A stretch of DNA of 54,654 nt, filler included, from Jimgerdemannia flammicorona (GCA_003990765.1; 3 parts of 3 records of this genome joined end to end with filler, not necessarily neighbours in it), one strand, 5' to 3'; positions 1 to 12,802 are shown, counted from the whole stretch's first letter. Notes: generated by a model not told the origin, from the sequence alone. Numbers and translations are program-made.

Positions 1-92
1 CCTCTGATTGCTCGTTCGCGTCTTCCTTCTATTTCTTCTTCAATCCATCGCTCTCGTTTTGCGTTTTCGTCACCTTCTGGTGCCTCCGGTTC
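1..92 (-). CDS. Possible coding exon running off the left edge of the window (unidentified)
   Basis: The minus strand reads ...ttttttaatcctctccggcag (pyrimidine-rich, AG acceptor-like). It is followed by an open frame EPEAPEGDENAKRERWIEEEIEGRRERAIR to the window end. CpGs are intact, unlike most of the window. Confidence 0.3.
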
Positions 93-102
93 TGCCGGAG
101 AG

Positions 103-283
103 GATTAAAAAACATCCTTGCCCCCTCTGGGGTCTCGCGCTCGCTCCGGGGTCTTGGCCTTACTCCGCTCCCCTCCGCTGCCTTCGGCCCCTCGCTTCGC
201 TCGGGCTCGCTGCGGCTCGCTCTGTTTCGGCCTCACCCCTCGCTCACGCTCACCCCTCCGGGGTCTGCGGATGTTTTTTAATC
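103..283. repeat. 181-bp GC-rich segment bounded by a perfect 15-bp inverted repeat
   Basis: gattaaaaaacatcc (103-117) is the exact reverse complement of ggatgttttttaatc (269-283). The interior is rich in gctc/ctcgc repeats and has cccc-tcN-gggg mini-hairpins near both ends. Confidence 0.8.
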
Positions 284-350
284 TCGATTTGGATTTGTTT
301 TGTTTGTGTTTGTTTGTGATTTTTATCCTGCAACTGGGATTGGCTCCCCT

Positions 351-470
351 CTTATCTCCGCTTATCTCCGGCGGTCATGTGGTTCCTAATTCGGTTCGCC
401 CCAAGTTGTGGCGCGTCCTCCCTTTTGGGACGTCGTATTTTGTATATAAGGACCGCGTTTTTACGTGGCA
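351..470. promoter_or_regulatory. Putative promoter motifs (tandem GATA sites, TATA-like box)
   Basis: cttatctccg is duplicated at 351-370 (GATAAG on the minus strand), with tatataa at 443-449, in a CpG-rich segment. Confidence 0.3.
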
Positions 471-604
471 ATAAACGGCTGATGCAAATTCGGTTACGTT
501 CTTTGTTCGTCCCCCTTATACACGCTTTTCCACATGTCTTCCGTTCGCTTTGACACTGGCTCTGGGTTCGCTCCCTTGGCTCCCGTTGGGCCTTCTTCCT
601 CCTC

Positions 605-807
605 TGCACTTTAAAAAACTCAGGTCGATTATGGGTTGACTCTTCAAACAGCAATCAACCCAAGTTTTTTTAAAGTGCAATAGCTCTATAAAAACACATC
701 CGATTTCATCAAAATAAAATATATCTGAAAGCCAATATTCATAGCTTTCAAACAAGATCAAGGTCATTAAGACTAGGTGTAGTTTTATAAAGTTATTAAA
801 TTTTAAA
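605..807. repeat. Overlapping imperfect palindromes, of the kind seen near DNA-transposon ends
   Basis: tgcactttaaaaaact (605-620) pairs with agtttttttaaagtgca (663-679). A second ~140-bp palindrome at 669-807 is centred on tgaaagc...gctttca. Confidence 0.55.
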
Positions 808-1399
808 CATTCAGATCAAATGGCAGACATCTTGCAGATTGTACTTTTTGTCGAAAGAGACTGAGTTCTTTTACTGTATCAAGTCAAGTAGCCAATTCTG
901 AATATATAAACTCATATAGGAAGTATTTATATGATTTATTCTTATGTAAATAAGAAATAAAGATACAAATCATTTTGAAACTACTGACCGAATCAAACCA
1001 AACTGAAGCAGTTCAAACCATTTAACAGCCCTAGATGAGGAGAAGGATGCCTCACTCACTCCTCCCCTAGTTCTCAATTTTCAAATTAATACAGATATTG
1101 ACTTTTAAAAGAGAAAGAATATAATAGAATGAGTGAATAAATAGGATGAACAGATGAGATATAACATGCAACCAACAATCATATGACTTAGTGATGATAT
1201 TACAATTGAGTATAATATATGACAAATGTAACAAACTTAATAAATGAGATATGAATAATACAAATAATGTAAATAAATAATATCCAGCTTACTCTCAGAA
1301 ACTGATGCTGCAGCAAATACTATAGCAACTGATCATTATCTAACAATAGACCTTTCTCTAGTAATATTCAGATTATATAAACTTCTGGCAATACTCAAG

Positions 1400-2765
1400 A
1401 CATTATTTTTAGAGGATAGATACTAGTAATATAGCAATTGATGAGAATTTTGAGGTATATACTGAGCAGGGCAGCCCTAGTGCATTTGACTAGAGAGGAG
1501 TCATGGCTTGGGGAGAAGCATGCAGGGCTTGCTAGCTGGAGGATATAGAAGGAGAAGGCAGTACTGGGGAACAGGAGACTGAGAGAATAAGCTTTATAGA
1601 TAAGGTGAAGGAGGGTTGTCTGATGACTGGACTGGAGGGCTAGCTGAGAAAGGACAAGGAGACAGCAAGGGCTATAGGGTCTGATGGAGCAGCCCATAGT
1701 AGTGAGGGCAGCAGAGCTAGAAGAGTAGTGGCTAGAAAGAGTGGGACTGTTAATGGCAAGGAGACTGCTAATCTGAAAAGAAATCCAGATATAATAGTTG
1801 ATGGGAGATCTAGATAGGGGGTGGGCATAAGGTCTAGAGATCTGACAGATAGTGTGACAGGTCTAGTAGTGACACCATTACTTAATAAATCAAGGTCAGA
1901 TTTTACTATTATGATATATTTCTGAGGCTTAGCAGTAATAGTGAGAATGATTCTGAGGCTTCTGACCCAGGAGGTAAAGGGAGCAGCATTGGTGAAGTTT
2001 TTGAAAGATCTGGAAGGGATAGAGGTAGGCTTTGAGAAGGAGAATGTACTGTTGGAAGTAATGGAGAAGAGAGTGGTAGTGGGGGAGATGGTAATCTCTA
2101 TGATCTAATACTTATACTGGGATCCCTAAGTGATATAGCTAGCAGTACTGGACATTTCTATAGTATTGAAGGAAATGATCAGAAGGTTGATTGTAGAGGC
2201 CATCAAGGAGTATGGGAATATCATAGATATTGGGTTTCAGGTCTGAGAAGGTACAGAATTCAGAACAAGAGATATGTATAGATATTAGGATATAACTAAT
2301 AGGCAAGGAGAATACAGGGAAGGTAAGAGACTGGCCAGCAGCTCTCAAATAGGGACCTATGGAGTATAAGGTCTCAAGAGTGAGTGAAAGGAATGCTGGA
2401 GGAAGAAGTAGACCTGCTGGAGATATTAGAAGATCTGGCTACAGCTGTAGAGAGGAGAAAATTGATCTGGAAGAAGTTGAGGCCCAGATGGTTGTGAAGA
2501 TCATGAATAGCAAGAAGGTGCAGCTGGATTGGGTAACCTGAGAGAGGTCACAGGGGAAACATATTCAGAAGGATCTGTTGGCTTGTGGGTGGGGTGGGGG
2601 AAGCCAGGGGGACTACTACTGAAGAAGCTGGATCAAGAGTAAGTACCTGAGCAGGAGAGAAGGAAGCAGTGCCAGAGGGGACCCCAGGAGAGGGGAAAGA
2701 TATAGGACTGAGTGTCATTGTAGAGGATACAGAGATGGTAGAGGAGGAATGCCCTCAGTATAGAT
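1400..2765 (+). pseudogene. Decayed LINE ORF1 fragment (same family as 10290-12887)
   Basis: Conceptual translation matches the 11519-12802 ORF (NPDI/V, PLLNKSRSDF, EVGFEKE, WDP, WPA.L.WGP.E.KV, PQYS), with many TAG/TGA/TAA stops. Confidence 0.85.
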
Positions 2766-2769
2766 TATA

Positions 2770-5430
2770 AATAAGACTTCTTAGCAACTTTTTTAGAAAT
2801 AAAGCAAGTGACCAGTATTCTCAACATAATATATACAAACATCTGTAGCTCTATGTGAATGGCAATATACTTCAGGAAGAAGTATTTTATTACTTTTATT
2901 AATGATTATACTTGAAAGCCTACATATACTTTCTTATAGTAAAGAATAAGATATTTGAAAAATTCTAAGAATTCAAGGCAATCATGGAGAATGAAATGGA
3001 ATAGAATATATAGACTCTATACTCAGATAATGGTAAAGAATATATCAACAAAGTCTTCAGATACTTCTTGAAGAAGTATAGCATTCAATACTCTATAATA
3101 GCCCTCTATATATCTGTACAGAATAGTATAGTAAAGTGCTTCAATTAAACAGTAGTAGAGATAGCTTAAATGATGATAAATATGGTTAGCTTACTATACT
3201 TCTTTTGGGCTAAAGTAATGAATATAGTAGTATATACTCAAAATTGTTGTATTTCTCAAGCTTTAAGTAAATATTCTAGTAGATCTGGTAAATTTAATAA
3301 TAATAATCAATGATCCAGGAATGATAGTGATCTTATCTCTAAAGAATTATAAAGTAGATCTAAGTCAGATATTTCATATCTACAAATATTCAGAAGCAAG
3401 ATTTATGTCTTAGATAAGAGTAACAATAGAGACAAATTTGAGCCTAAAGTAGATAAGTATATATTCCTTAGATATAACAGAGTGGCATATAGATTGTAGA
3501 ATCTGCAGAAATATTATATCATTATCTCATATAATATTTAATTCAAAAAAACTAAGTAGGAAATTTATATAGAAATTCTTATTCTGATCAATCCAACAGT
3601 ATAGCCAGTAACAACTATGCCAACTTTGAAGATGAGCAGAACAATGTCTATACTAGTACCAATACTAGTCCAACCTATATTCATATCAATAAGACTATTA
3701 GAGCCAAGAATTACAGAAATTACAGATAAGGATAATAATGAGAATACCTCTCTGAAAAGTAAGAAAAAATGTAAATCTAGATTATATAATGAGATAGAAG
3801 TAGATTTAAGAGATTATTGAGATCAACTTAAAAAATTCTATTATAATAACAAATATCATATGAGCTATGCTTATAAGTATACTTATATTATAACAACTGA
3901 TGAACCAGTAAACTATAATAAAGTTATACATTCAGATGATAAGAAAGAATAGAAAAAAACTATAGATGAGAAATATGATTTACTCATCAAGAATGATATC
4001 TAAGATCTAGTCTCTCTTCCAGAAAATTGACAAGTAATAGAATTCTGATAGGTATATAAGATTAAGTATAATAGTAATAGCAATATAGAACAGTATAAGG
4101 CCCAATTTGTAGTAAAGAAGTATTTATAAGAATATGACATAGATTATGATGAGACTTTTTTTTCAGTATTTAAGCTTACTTTACTTAGAATACTTTTTGT
4201 AATTAGAGCTAAATATAATTACAAAATTCATCAAATAGATATTAAGATAGCCTTCTTGAATAGTGATGTAGATATAGAGCTATATATCTATTAATTGTAA
4301 GAATATAAACTATACAATGATAAGCAAAAGAAGCTCATATATAAATTATATAAGAGTCTTTATGATATCAAACAAGCAGTAAGGCTATGAAATCAAAAAA
4401 TTAACAAGTATTTCTTAAGCAATGAATTTAAGTATTATAGGACCAATATATATATATATACTTAACATATATCCTCAGAAATAATATACTTAGAAATTTG
4501 AATTAATGATATTATTCTAGTAGGAATGACAAATGAGATTAATGATATAAAAGTGACACTATGCCAGAAATTCAAAATGATAGATATGGGAAATACATTA
4601 TATCTTTTTAGAATATCAATTATATATGATAGGCATATATCTATTACAAGTCATATATATTCAGACTATACTCAAATAATTTAGTATGAGCAAATATAAA
4701 TCTATTAGAATACTTATAGAGATATTTGTAAGGCTAAAGAAGTCCAATATTATACCTGAAGACAATAATATTCTCTATCAATAAGCTGTGAGATCCTTCA
4801 TACATCTTATGCTCAGAACAAGGTACAATATATTATATATAGTTAACAAAGTAGTACAGTACTTATTCTGCTATAATAATTTATATTAGATGGTAATTAA
4901 GTATATCTTCAGATACATTAAAGGTATAGTATACTATATAATATATTTAAGTGATGATAATAGATCAAGTGGAAGTATTATAAGATTATCTAGTATATAT
5001 GATACAGACTGGACTGGAGATTTTAACAATCAGCACTCTACAATCAGATATCTCTTTAAAACCAGCAAAAATAGAGTTATTTTATAGCAAACAAATAAAT
5101 AATCTTTAGTGGTAATGTTATCTATATAAGCAGGGTATTAAGTATTATCTATGGCAACAAAGGAAGCTATATAGCTTCAAGAACTACTAAAGGAATTGAG
5201 ATATGATCAACAGCACTCTACACTACTCCAATAAGATAATCAGTCTATAATTACTATAGTAAAGAACCCTATACATTATGCTAGAATGAAGCACATTAAT
5301 ATGTAATATTATTTTATATGAAAATGTATGAAAAATGATACTATATATCTACAGAATATATGATAGCAGATTTATTAACTAAAGTCCTTCCAAAGATAAA
5401 GTTTGACTTATATATATACTCATAAGCAAT
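2770..5430 (+). pseudogene. Heavily decayed Ty1/copia pol (integrase - RT - RNase H)
   Basis: Copia domain order, with remnants YFITFIND and TLYSDNGKEY (IN); YKAQFV, IDYDETF and IHQIDIKIAFLN (RT); YDTDWTGD, DNQSII, RMKHIN and IADLLTK (RNase H). Confidence 0.9.
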
Positions 5431-5760
5431 TCTGTAATAGGAAACTCTATACCAATAGAAACTATATACCAATAATCAATATTCAAGTATTTGGGAACTT
5501 TTCTGGCTTCTAAAAGCCTTCTACTATATTTTGTATTATATTTCTATATTTTAATATATTTTTTATATATTTCTCTCAATATTGCTTATATCTCTTCATT
5601 CTGAATCTATATTACTAGTCTTTTACTATATTTCTAATCTATTTTCATGCTTATAAGTAGGGAATTTTAATCTTTTCTAGTTATCTAGATATATAGTATC
5701 TAGTTGATTATATTAGTTAGTCTTTTATTTATATATTCTACATATTCTAGAATATATCTC

Positions 5761-5955
5761 ATTGAGCAGAAGTATTAAAATATCTTAGTTATAGCAACTT
5801 GATATATAGTGATACAGCCTGACCCTAACTATATTATTATATAAATATCATTAATATGTATAAAAGAGTATAAGTTAGCATTAATAAACAATACTCTCTT
5901 CTTTCAATTTTCCTCTCTACTCTTCCAAGTATTCTATAATACATATGATTTCAAC
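5761..5955 (+). mobile_element. Probable PPT and 3' LTR of the copia element
   Basis: ttgagcagaag (decayed PPT) is followed by tattaaaat (TGTT->TATT), an internal tataaaag and aataaa. The end position is approximate. Confidence 0.5.
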
Positions 5956-5959
5956 TATT

Positions 5960-7300
5960 TTCTATCTAGTATTGTATAGCAGAACCTTGATTTTACTTTT
6001 AAATTCTTGGTCTATAACTTCTTCAACTATATAGAGTCTCTCTTTCTTGATCAGACTACTTCTTTCTATAAGACAGATATAGATTTCTTTAGGAATTTTT
6101 ATTTCAACACCTATACTAATAGTTACTTACTTGTCTGGTTCAATGGTTATTTCTATGCTAAAGTAGAGATTATGGTTAATATTAGATTTATGTACTTTAT
6201 TTAAAATTTTTACAGTAATATAAAATTACTTAATTTTAATTTTTTCAGAGATTCCTTTAGAATTATCTCCTATTATAGTAATAGTATATAAAGAAGATAG
6301 TTCTTTATTCATGTTAGTCTTCTTATCAGAGCATTTTTGAGATATATGTCTCCTCTTTTTATAGTAATAATATGCTCTTTTCTTTATAAGTTCTTCTATT
6401 TCCTTATTTAAGTTATTCTGAGATTTATATTTCTTCTCAAATTGATATTACTTATCTTCTTTATTATTGTTTCTATTGTCTCTTGGTCTTTGAGCTACTA
6501 AGATAGTATATACTATAATAATAGCTTATACTAAGTACTATTGTTTGGTAGAGTCATCTTTGCTCTCAGATCTTTTTTGATAACTATCTAGAGATAGTAT
6601 TAAAGAAGAATACTACTCTAGTTCTATTCACAGTTTATTCTTATTAGCTATATTCTACTTCTATAATATTTAGGAGAATTTCTAATCTTATTGCAAATAT
6701 TTCTAAGTCTTCTTTTCTATTATTATAGAATCAAAGATTCTTGAGCTTTGTTCTGGTTTTGATAATATAAGTAGAGCTATAAAACTGTTAAATAATTAGC
6801 TCTTTTAGATTTATAGTAGCTGAATAGACTTTATAATTAGAACAATTATTATCTTCTTCACTTATATCAATTTTGATATAGATTTTCTAGATGAGAGAGT
6901 ATATTGATAGATTATACTACTACTGAGCAGCTGTATCTATAAAATGAGTAGTGACTTTCTCTATTTATAAGCCTACAGTTGTATAGAGATCATTAATCTC
7001 ATAGTACTTATTATTGTTAAGAGTACTATTTAGATTTTAATTATTATTCTATCTATTGACATAATAATTAGTATTAACTTATCTTATAAATATTATTACT
7101 TGATCTGCTTTGTCTTCAAATAGTGTGAGTTGGAGGCCTTTTATGGGTTTATTTGTTTTAATACTAAGATAGAGAGCTTGAGTAAGTATAACTACTTAGT
7201 TAGCTAGAGCTGTTATTTTATTTTTTATTTTTTTTTATATATATAGTTATTTAGACTCTCATATTTATTATCAAACTAATCTATATCTATATAATAGCAA
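5960..7300 (-). pseudogene. Decayed Ty3/gypsy gag remnant with zinc knuckle
   Basis: 6301-6420 on the minus strand reads EELIKKRAYYYYKKRRHISQKC, which becomes Cx2Cx4Hx4C after reverting G>A changes. Boundaries are approximate. Confidence 0.55.
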
Positions 7301-7544
7301 AGCCCTACTCTCTATCTAACCTCTCTATAGGGGTCACTTCTAATCTCTTCTCTATAGAAGATAACTATCTCTTTAATTATCTGAACTCTCTCTCTACTCT
7401 TTATACAAATCTGTTCTACTAGTCAGAACTACTATCTTTTTATCTACTAATATTATTATATTACTTATATAGTGAGATAGTGGTAGTCTTTCTTTAGGTA
7501 CTGTTATTTTGAGAGTAGTATGATATATATATAGTTGTTTTTTC

Positions 7545-7803
7545 TAATGTTCTCAAATAAATCAAATTGAATTGAATTTAAATTAAATTGAGAGTCTAAT
7601 TTAATTCCTATTTTTCAAAATATAATAACTCAATAAAATTATATCCAAATTTAACAAGCTAAAGATTATTAAATTTGAATATATTTTTGTCAAGTTATTA
7701 TATTTTAAAAAATAGAGTTTGAATTGAATCTTGAATTAAATTGAACCTTTGATTTGATTGAATCAAATTGAATTTGAGTCAATTTAATTTATTAAGAGTA
7801 CTA
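7545..7803. mobile_element. hAT-like fold-back MITE (259 bp)
   Basis: Imperfect TIRs taatgttctcaaataaatcaaattga / tcaatttaatttattaagagtacta, an inner inverted repeat and aattga subterminal repeats. 8-bp TSD gttttttc (7537-7544) / attttttc (7804-7811). Confidence 0.8.
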
Positions 7804-9349
7804 ATTTTTTCTATAATATCATCAAAATAGATAAACTTGATAACTAGTTCAAGAATTAATAGTTTTAATAGAGTTATTTCTAAGTCTTCTATAGTGATTT
7901 TTAATAGACTCAATATTCTTAGTAGTGAGTCTATAACAGTACTGAGATCACCAGTATTAGATTTAGGTGTTTTTCCAACTATTCTTCTAGATTGAGATGA
8001 TATAGTAGAGGCTTTACTAAGTTCAGTAGTTTGAAATCCTCACTATTAGATTATCTTTACTTATATATAGAGGACCTGATAATAGAGATGAGATTTTCTT
8101 TAGTTAGTATAATATCTCTTATAGTTTAGAAAGATTTTAACTTTATAGTAGTAATTATTATAAAAAAGATTCAGAAAATATTTACTTATAACTTTGATAA
8201 ATTCTCTTATATATTTTTCATAAAAGTAGCTGTTAATTAATCTTTTAAATTTTTTTTTAATTTCTTAAGTATGAGTAACTTCTTTATTAAGTATGATGAA
8301 TGTATTGAATACTTCTTAAATAGTTTTATTATTAAGTCTGTTAAATTTTTCTTAGCTAATATAGATCTTAGTCTACTTAGTAATAATTTTATTAACTTCT
8401 TTGACTTAGTTCTAGAGAGTAGCTAGAGTGAAGGTATTCTTTGATTATTACTGATGATATTGTAGATATTGACTAAGTTATCTATATTTGTAATAGGTTT
8501 TTTAAAAAAAGCATACTCATAAGTAAGTATAATAATTTCATAGTTATATTTTAGTCTTAGTATTTTTTCACATCTTTTTACTAATCTTTTCTTATCTTTT
8601 TTTAAATATTCTACTATATTCTAATATCTTCTGAATATCTAGAAATCTTCTCTTAGTACTAAGACACTACTAGAACATTTTTGTCTTTTCTTAATACTAA
8701 GTAGTACTAAGTATCTAGTTATAGAATCTTTTGGAACATTGTAGAATTCTATTAGTCATCTTTACTGAGAACTTATTTCTTGGCCTTTCTTTTCTTTTCC
8801 AAGATCCTTTCAGATCTTTCTTTATATAGATCTTATATAAATATTCTTATTCTCTACTTAAATAAAGCTTAAAATATTTTCTCTCAGAATTTCTATAAGA
8901 ATACTTAAACCTACAAGTATCTCTTTAAGCTACTTTAGACCTGCTAAAATTATCAGTCTTAGCTATTTCCTCTTAAAGAAACTAGAACCATTATACTTAA
9001 TAGTAGTGAGTGGTTATACTTTACTTTATTAAGAAATCTTATATAAATTTAGAAACCAGTCACAACTAGTTATATAAGCTCAAAATAAACTATGTATAAA
9101 GAACTAGTCTACTATCTAGACCCCCCTGCTACAGAAAAAGCAGATAGTGCAAAACTATAAGTTAATCTGGAGAAAATTATTACCTTTATAATCCATCAAA
9201 TCCAACTACTTCAGATATAAATAGACTATCAGAAAACAAGAACTATAGCTATATTATATCCTACTACTATATTAGTTAGCTTCAAACTACTCAAGCTAGA
9301 TATCTTTAATGATCACTAAGAAAGACTGACTACAGATATGTATATAGAT

Positions 9350-10289
9350 CTTATAGTTGGACCAATACTTTGAATGGAAGAAGAGAGAGTACATCACATT
9401 GAGCTATAGTAGTAGAGTAATAAGAGAGAGGTATATTGGGGGCCAGCAATGTGGCACTAAGATAGGTTCTTGCTTGAGAGCTCTCTTCTTGTTGAATTTG
9501 AGATTGGAGATGAGATTGAGCATTAGAGGGAGATGGGGTTGGACATATGGCTAGTGAGTTGGCAGGATGTTGATATAGGTAAGGAGTAGGACTAAGATGG
9601 TATTTAGTTCTGATATACTAAGGTCAAGTAGTGGCTTCCCCAAGTTCTGGGTGATATAGTAGTATATGCTAAGGAGAAATATCATGCTGAACTTCTGCTT
9701 TGGGCATTTGGTTGAGGGTAGAGAGTTTGAGTATGAAGAGTGCCTTAATGTGAGATAGAAAGAGAGTTTTGTATAATCACCTGAACATTGGTTGAGAGAG
9801 TGTGAGATGCTTGGTAATTTCTGGATCATAGTAAGAGAGTATCTAAAAGTCTATAGGAGGAGAGATGAGGTAAGGGATCATTGGGAGGATTTGAAGGAAT
9901 ATCTTATAGGAAGAGTGGGAAATGAGTAGATTATATATGACTGGGTCTTGGTGATTTGAATAGAGCTGGCTGGATATTGGCTCTTTATATTTAAGAGAGG
10001 AAAGCAGTTGAGTATTGCAGAGAGATTATTGAGGTAGAACAGGCTGATGGAGGATCTCTTGACTAGCTGGTGGGTGGGCTGATAGACCTCAGAGTAGCTA
10101 TCACTACCAGCTTATTGAGGAGATCTACATATAGAGTAGGGGTCAAATAGAGGTAATTGAGAGTCAAGTAGTCTTCAAATAAGTAGAAGTTAGTAGAGTC
10201 TCTCTTAGAGAGATTGGGTAGTGGGTTAGGTCAGATATTATATTTAATATAATATAGAATGTGATAATAAAGTAAGAAGTCCAAGTGAC
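9350..10289 (+). mobile_element. Decayed LINE 3' end (C-terminal Cys region of ORF2 plus 3' tail)
   Basis: EECLNVR...PEHWLRECEML matches CEECYNIG...PEHWLGECEIL at 18716-18922. It ends in the family terminal motif agtccaagtgac. Confidence 0.8.
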
Positions 10290-10858
10290 GTGTATACCTG
10301 CCGATCGGCCCAAAGGTGTCTTCCTGAGTCCACTAAAGAACACAATCTCTCTATTTCCAGCCAGTCCCCCAGCCCACCACTTTCGCCCCGCACACCTCTC
10401 CCACCATCAGTTCTATCCCTCTCCTTATCCCGTACCATGTTGAAGTCACCTCCCATACAATCCAGGCCAACTTCTCCCAATACCCCAGCCTCTTTCAATC
10501 GGCAAATCCAATCCACCCTCTCCCCTCTTTCAGCTGGGCAATAACAAGACCCAACCATCAACGAGCCCCATCCAGGCCTCTTCCACAAACCCCACACCAC
10601 CCAAGACCCCCAATGTCCAATATCCACAATGTCCCCCATCTCTTTCTGAATGAGAATACACACTTTTCCCCTCCATACTGCCACGCCCCCCCATTCCTTA
10701 GTCCAATCCTGTAAGTCCACATCTTCCTCATATCGAACATCCTGTAGCAAGAAGAGGTCCGCATCCAGTCCCTTAAGCCAACCAAATATGTACTTCCTCC
10801 TAGCTGCCCCCTGTAACCCATTAATGTTCAATGAGAATATCCTAGTTGTACTGTTCAT
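10290..10858 (-). CDS. LINE ORF2 N-terminal apurinic-type endonuclease domain (truncated)
   Basis: RIFSLNINGL, DLFLLQD, CYCP, GGDFN, LVD and YT motifs. Homology ends at ~10290. Confidence 0.9.
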
Positions 10859-10889
10859 ATTGAAGGAATGTTGAACTAACTACCCCAAC

Positions 10890-12802
10890 CTAGTACTCCA
10901 TGCTCATCTCATCTCCAGCCAGATCCAAGCACCATTCCGCCTCCAAGTCACCCTCCACAATAGCCTGAGCATCCAGTGTCTCCAAGATTTCCTGGCATTC
11001 CACCCCATCCACGACCTCCATATCTGACCGGTAGTCTAGGCAGACAGCACACCACTTCTCCAGTCCCTTCCTCAAATTCCACAAGAAAAGTGCCCTGTCA
11101 CTCGCAATCTTCCGAAGCTCCTCCTCCCGCTGATCATCTACTTGATATTCAACAGATTCCAAGAGAACAGCCAGGATCTCATTCCTCATCTTCCTCAGTA
11201 CCTCCTCCCCTCGCAGAATCTCCTCCCAATGCCTCTCCTCCATCACCTGGAAGTCCTCACCCCCCAGCTCTTCCGCCGCCACCCCTTCTAGGGTCTTCCA
11301 CATCCACTTTTCCTCGTCCACTGCCTCTGCCGCACCCTGAGCGATATGTCCCCCATCCACCTCCGGGTCCATCAGTGCGCTTCTCCTCACTGACTCATCC
11401 CACTCCTCATCTGGCACATCCATCAGCTCCTCCTCCCCCTCCGCCCCACCTGGGACACTATACTGAGGGTGCACACCCTCACTCATTTCAGCATCTACCA
11501 CCAACATACCTTCCTCCTCTACCCTCCCTCTAATCTGAGCCCCACCCTGTGCCATTTCACCCCCCTCAGCCCAAGCACTCTCCTGCAACCCTGCAACTCC
11601 TTCTTCGGAGCTTCCACCTGCCCTACCCTCGCCAGTAGCTCCTTCTGTATTTTCCTCCTCTGCATCTTCTCCCAAACCCCTTTCTCCATCTGGACCTTCT
11701 TCCCATCCACCTCCCCTACCACCATCCTGACCTCAAACTCCTTCCAGGCCAATCTCCTCCTTGCAACCGCCCCTTCCAGATCCTCCAGCGCCTCCAATAG
11801 ATTCTTCTCCTCCTCCTGGGTCCCCTTCACCCTCGCGACCTTACACTCCACTGGTCCCCACCTCAGCGTCGCCGGCCAGTCCCTCGACCTTCCCGTATTC
11901 TCCTTCCCAAACAGCCTCACCCTGACATCGATGTCCCCAGTCCTAAGCGTGGTGCCCTCCCAGACCTTGAACCCAACATCCACAATCTCGCCATACTCCT
12001 TGATCGCCTCCACAACCAGCTCTCTGGTCCTCTCCTTCGACACAGTGGGGAGATCCAACACTGTCAACTGCACCACCCGGGGGTCCCAGCGCATGCACCG
12101 GGCCATAGGAACCACAACTCCGCCAACCATCACCCCCTTTTTCATGGCTGCCAACAAGGCATCTTCCTCCTCAAACCCCACCTCAACCCCCTCCTTTCTC
12201 CTCAAAAACTTCACTGAGACTGCTCCCTTAGCCTCTTGCGCCACCAACCCCAAGATCATCCTCGCCATCACTGCCAAGCCCTGGAAGCTCATAGTGACTA
12301 CGAATTCCGACCTCGACTTCTTGAGTAATGGGGCCAACACCATGCCCGTCATGCCATCTGCCAGGTCCCCAGGCCTTGTGCCCCCTCCCAGTCCCGAATC
12401 GCCAACCGCCGTCACATCTGGATTTTTTGCCAGATCCCCAGTTACAGCCCTATCAGCAGTCACAGCCCCATCTCCAGCCCCTACTCCGGCTCCTACCCTA
12501 CCACCAGAGGCTCCCCTGGGCACACCTCCCTGTCCTTCAGCAGCAGCCGTCAAAGCCTTCCCCAGGCCCAGCCAACCATCAAGCCCAGAAGCCATCTTCC
12601 CCATTCTGACCATATCAGCAAAGGTCGACCTCTCCCCTCCTCTCTGCCTCAGACCGCCCCTCCCTCCACCGCCGGTGCCTCTGCTCACCCTCGAGGCCTC
12701 TGGCATCCCCAAACCATCACCCCTCCTCCCCACCTGCTGCCAGCCAAAGGCACTGTCACCCCTCTGGCCAGTACACTCACCGGTTCGATCAGTGCTGTCC
12801 AT
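10890..12802 (-). pseudogene. LINE ORF1 (Gly-rich N-terminus, RRM-like core, acidic C-terminus), one frameshift near 11560-11600
   Basis: ORFs 11519-12802 and 10890-11675 overlap in different frames. VQLTVLDLP...EAIKEYGEIVDV...RTGDIDVRV resembles the Tx1/L1-type ORF1 RRM. Confidence 0.75.

Noticed and set aside
8..767. Listed ORFs 8-319, 118-474, 352-654 and 516-767
   Set aside because: Overlapping low-complexity frames across repeats and promoter-like sequence, with no recognisable motifs.
11519..11675. Possible programmed frameshift in LINE ORF1
   Set aside because: Seen in one copy only, and I found no clear slippery heptamer. A simple indel is more likely.
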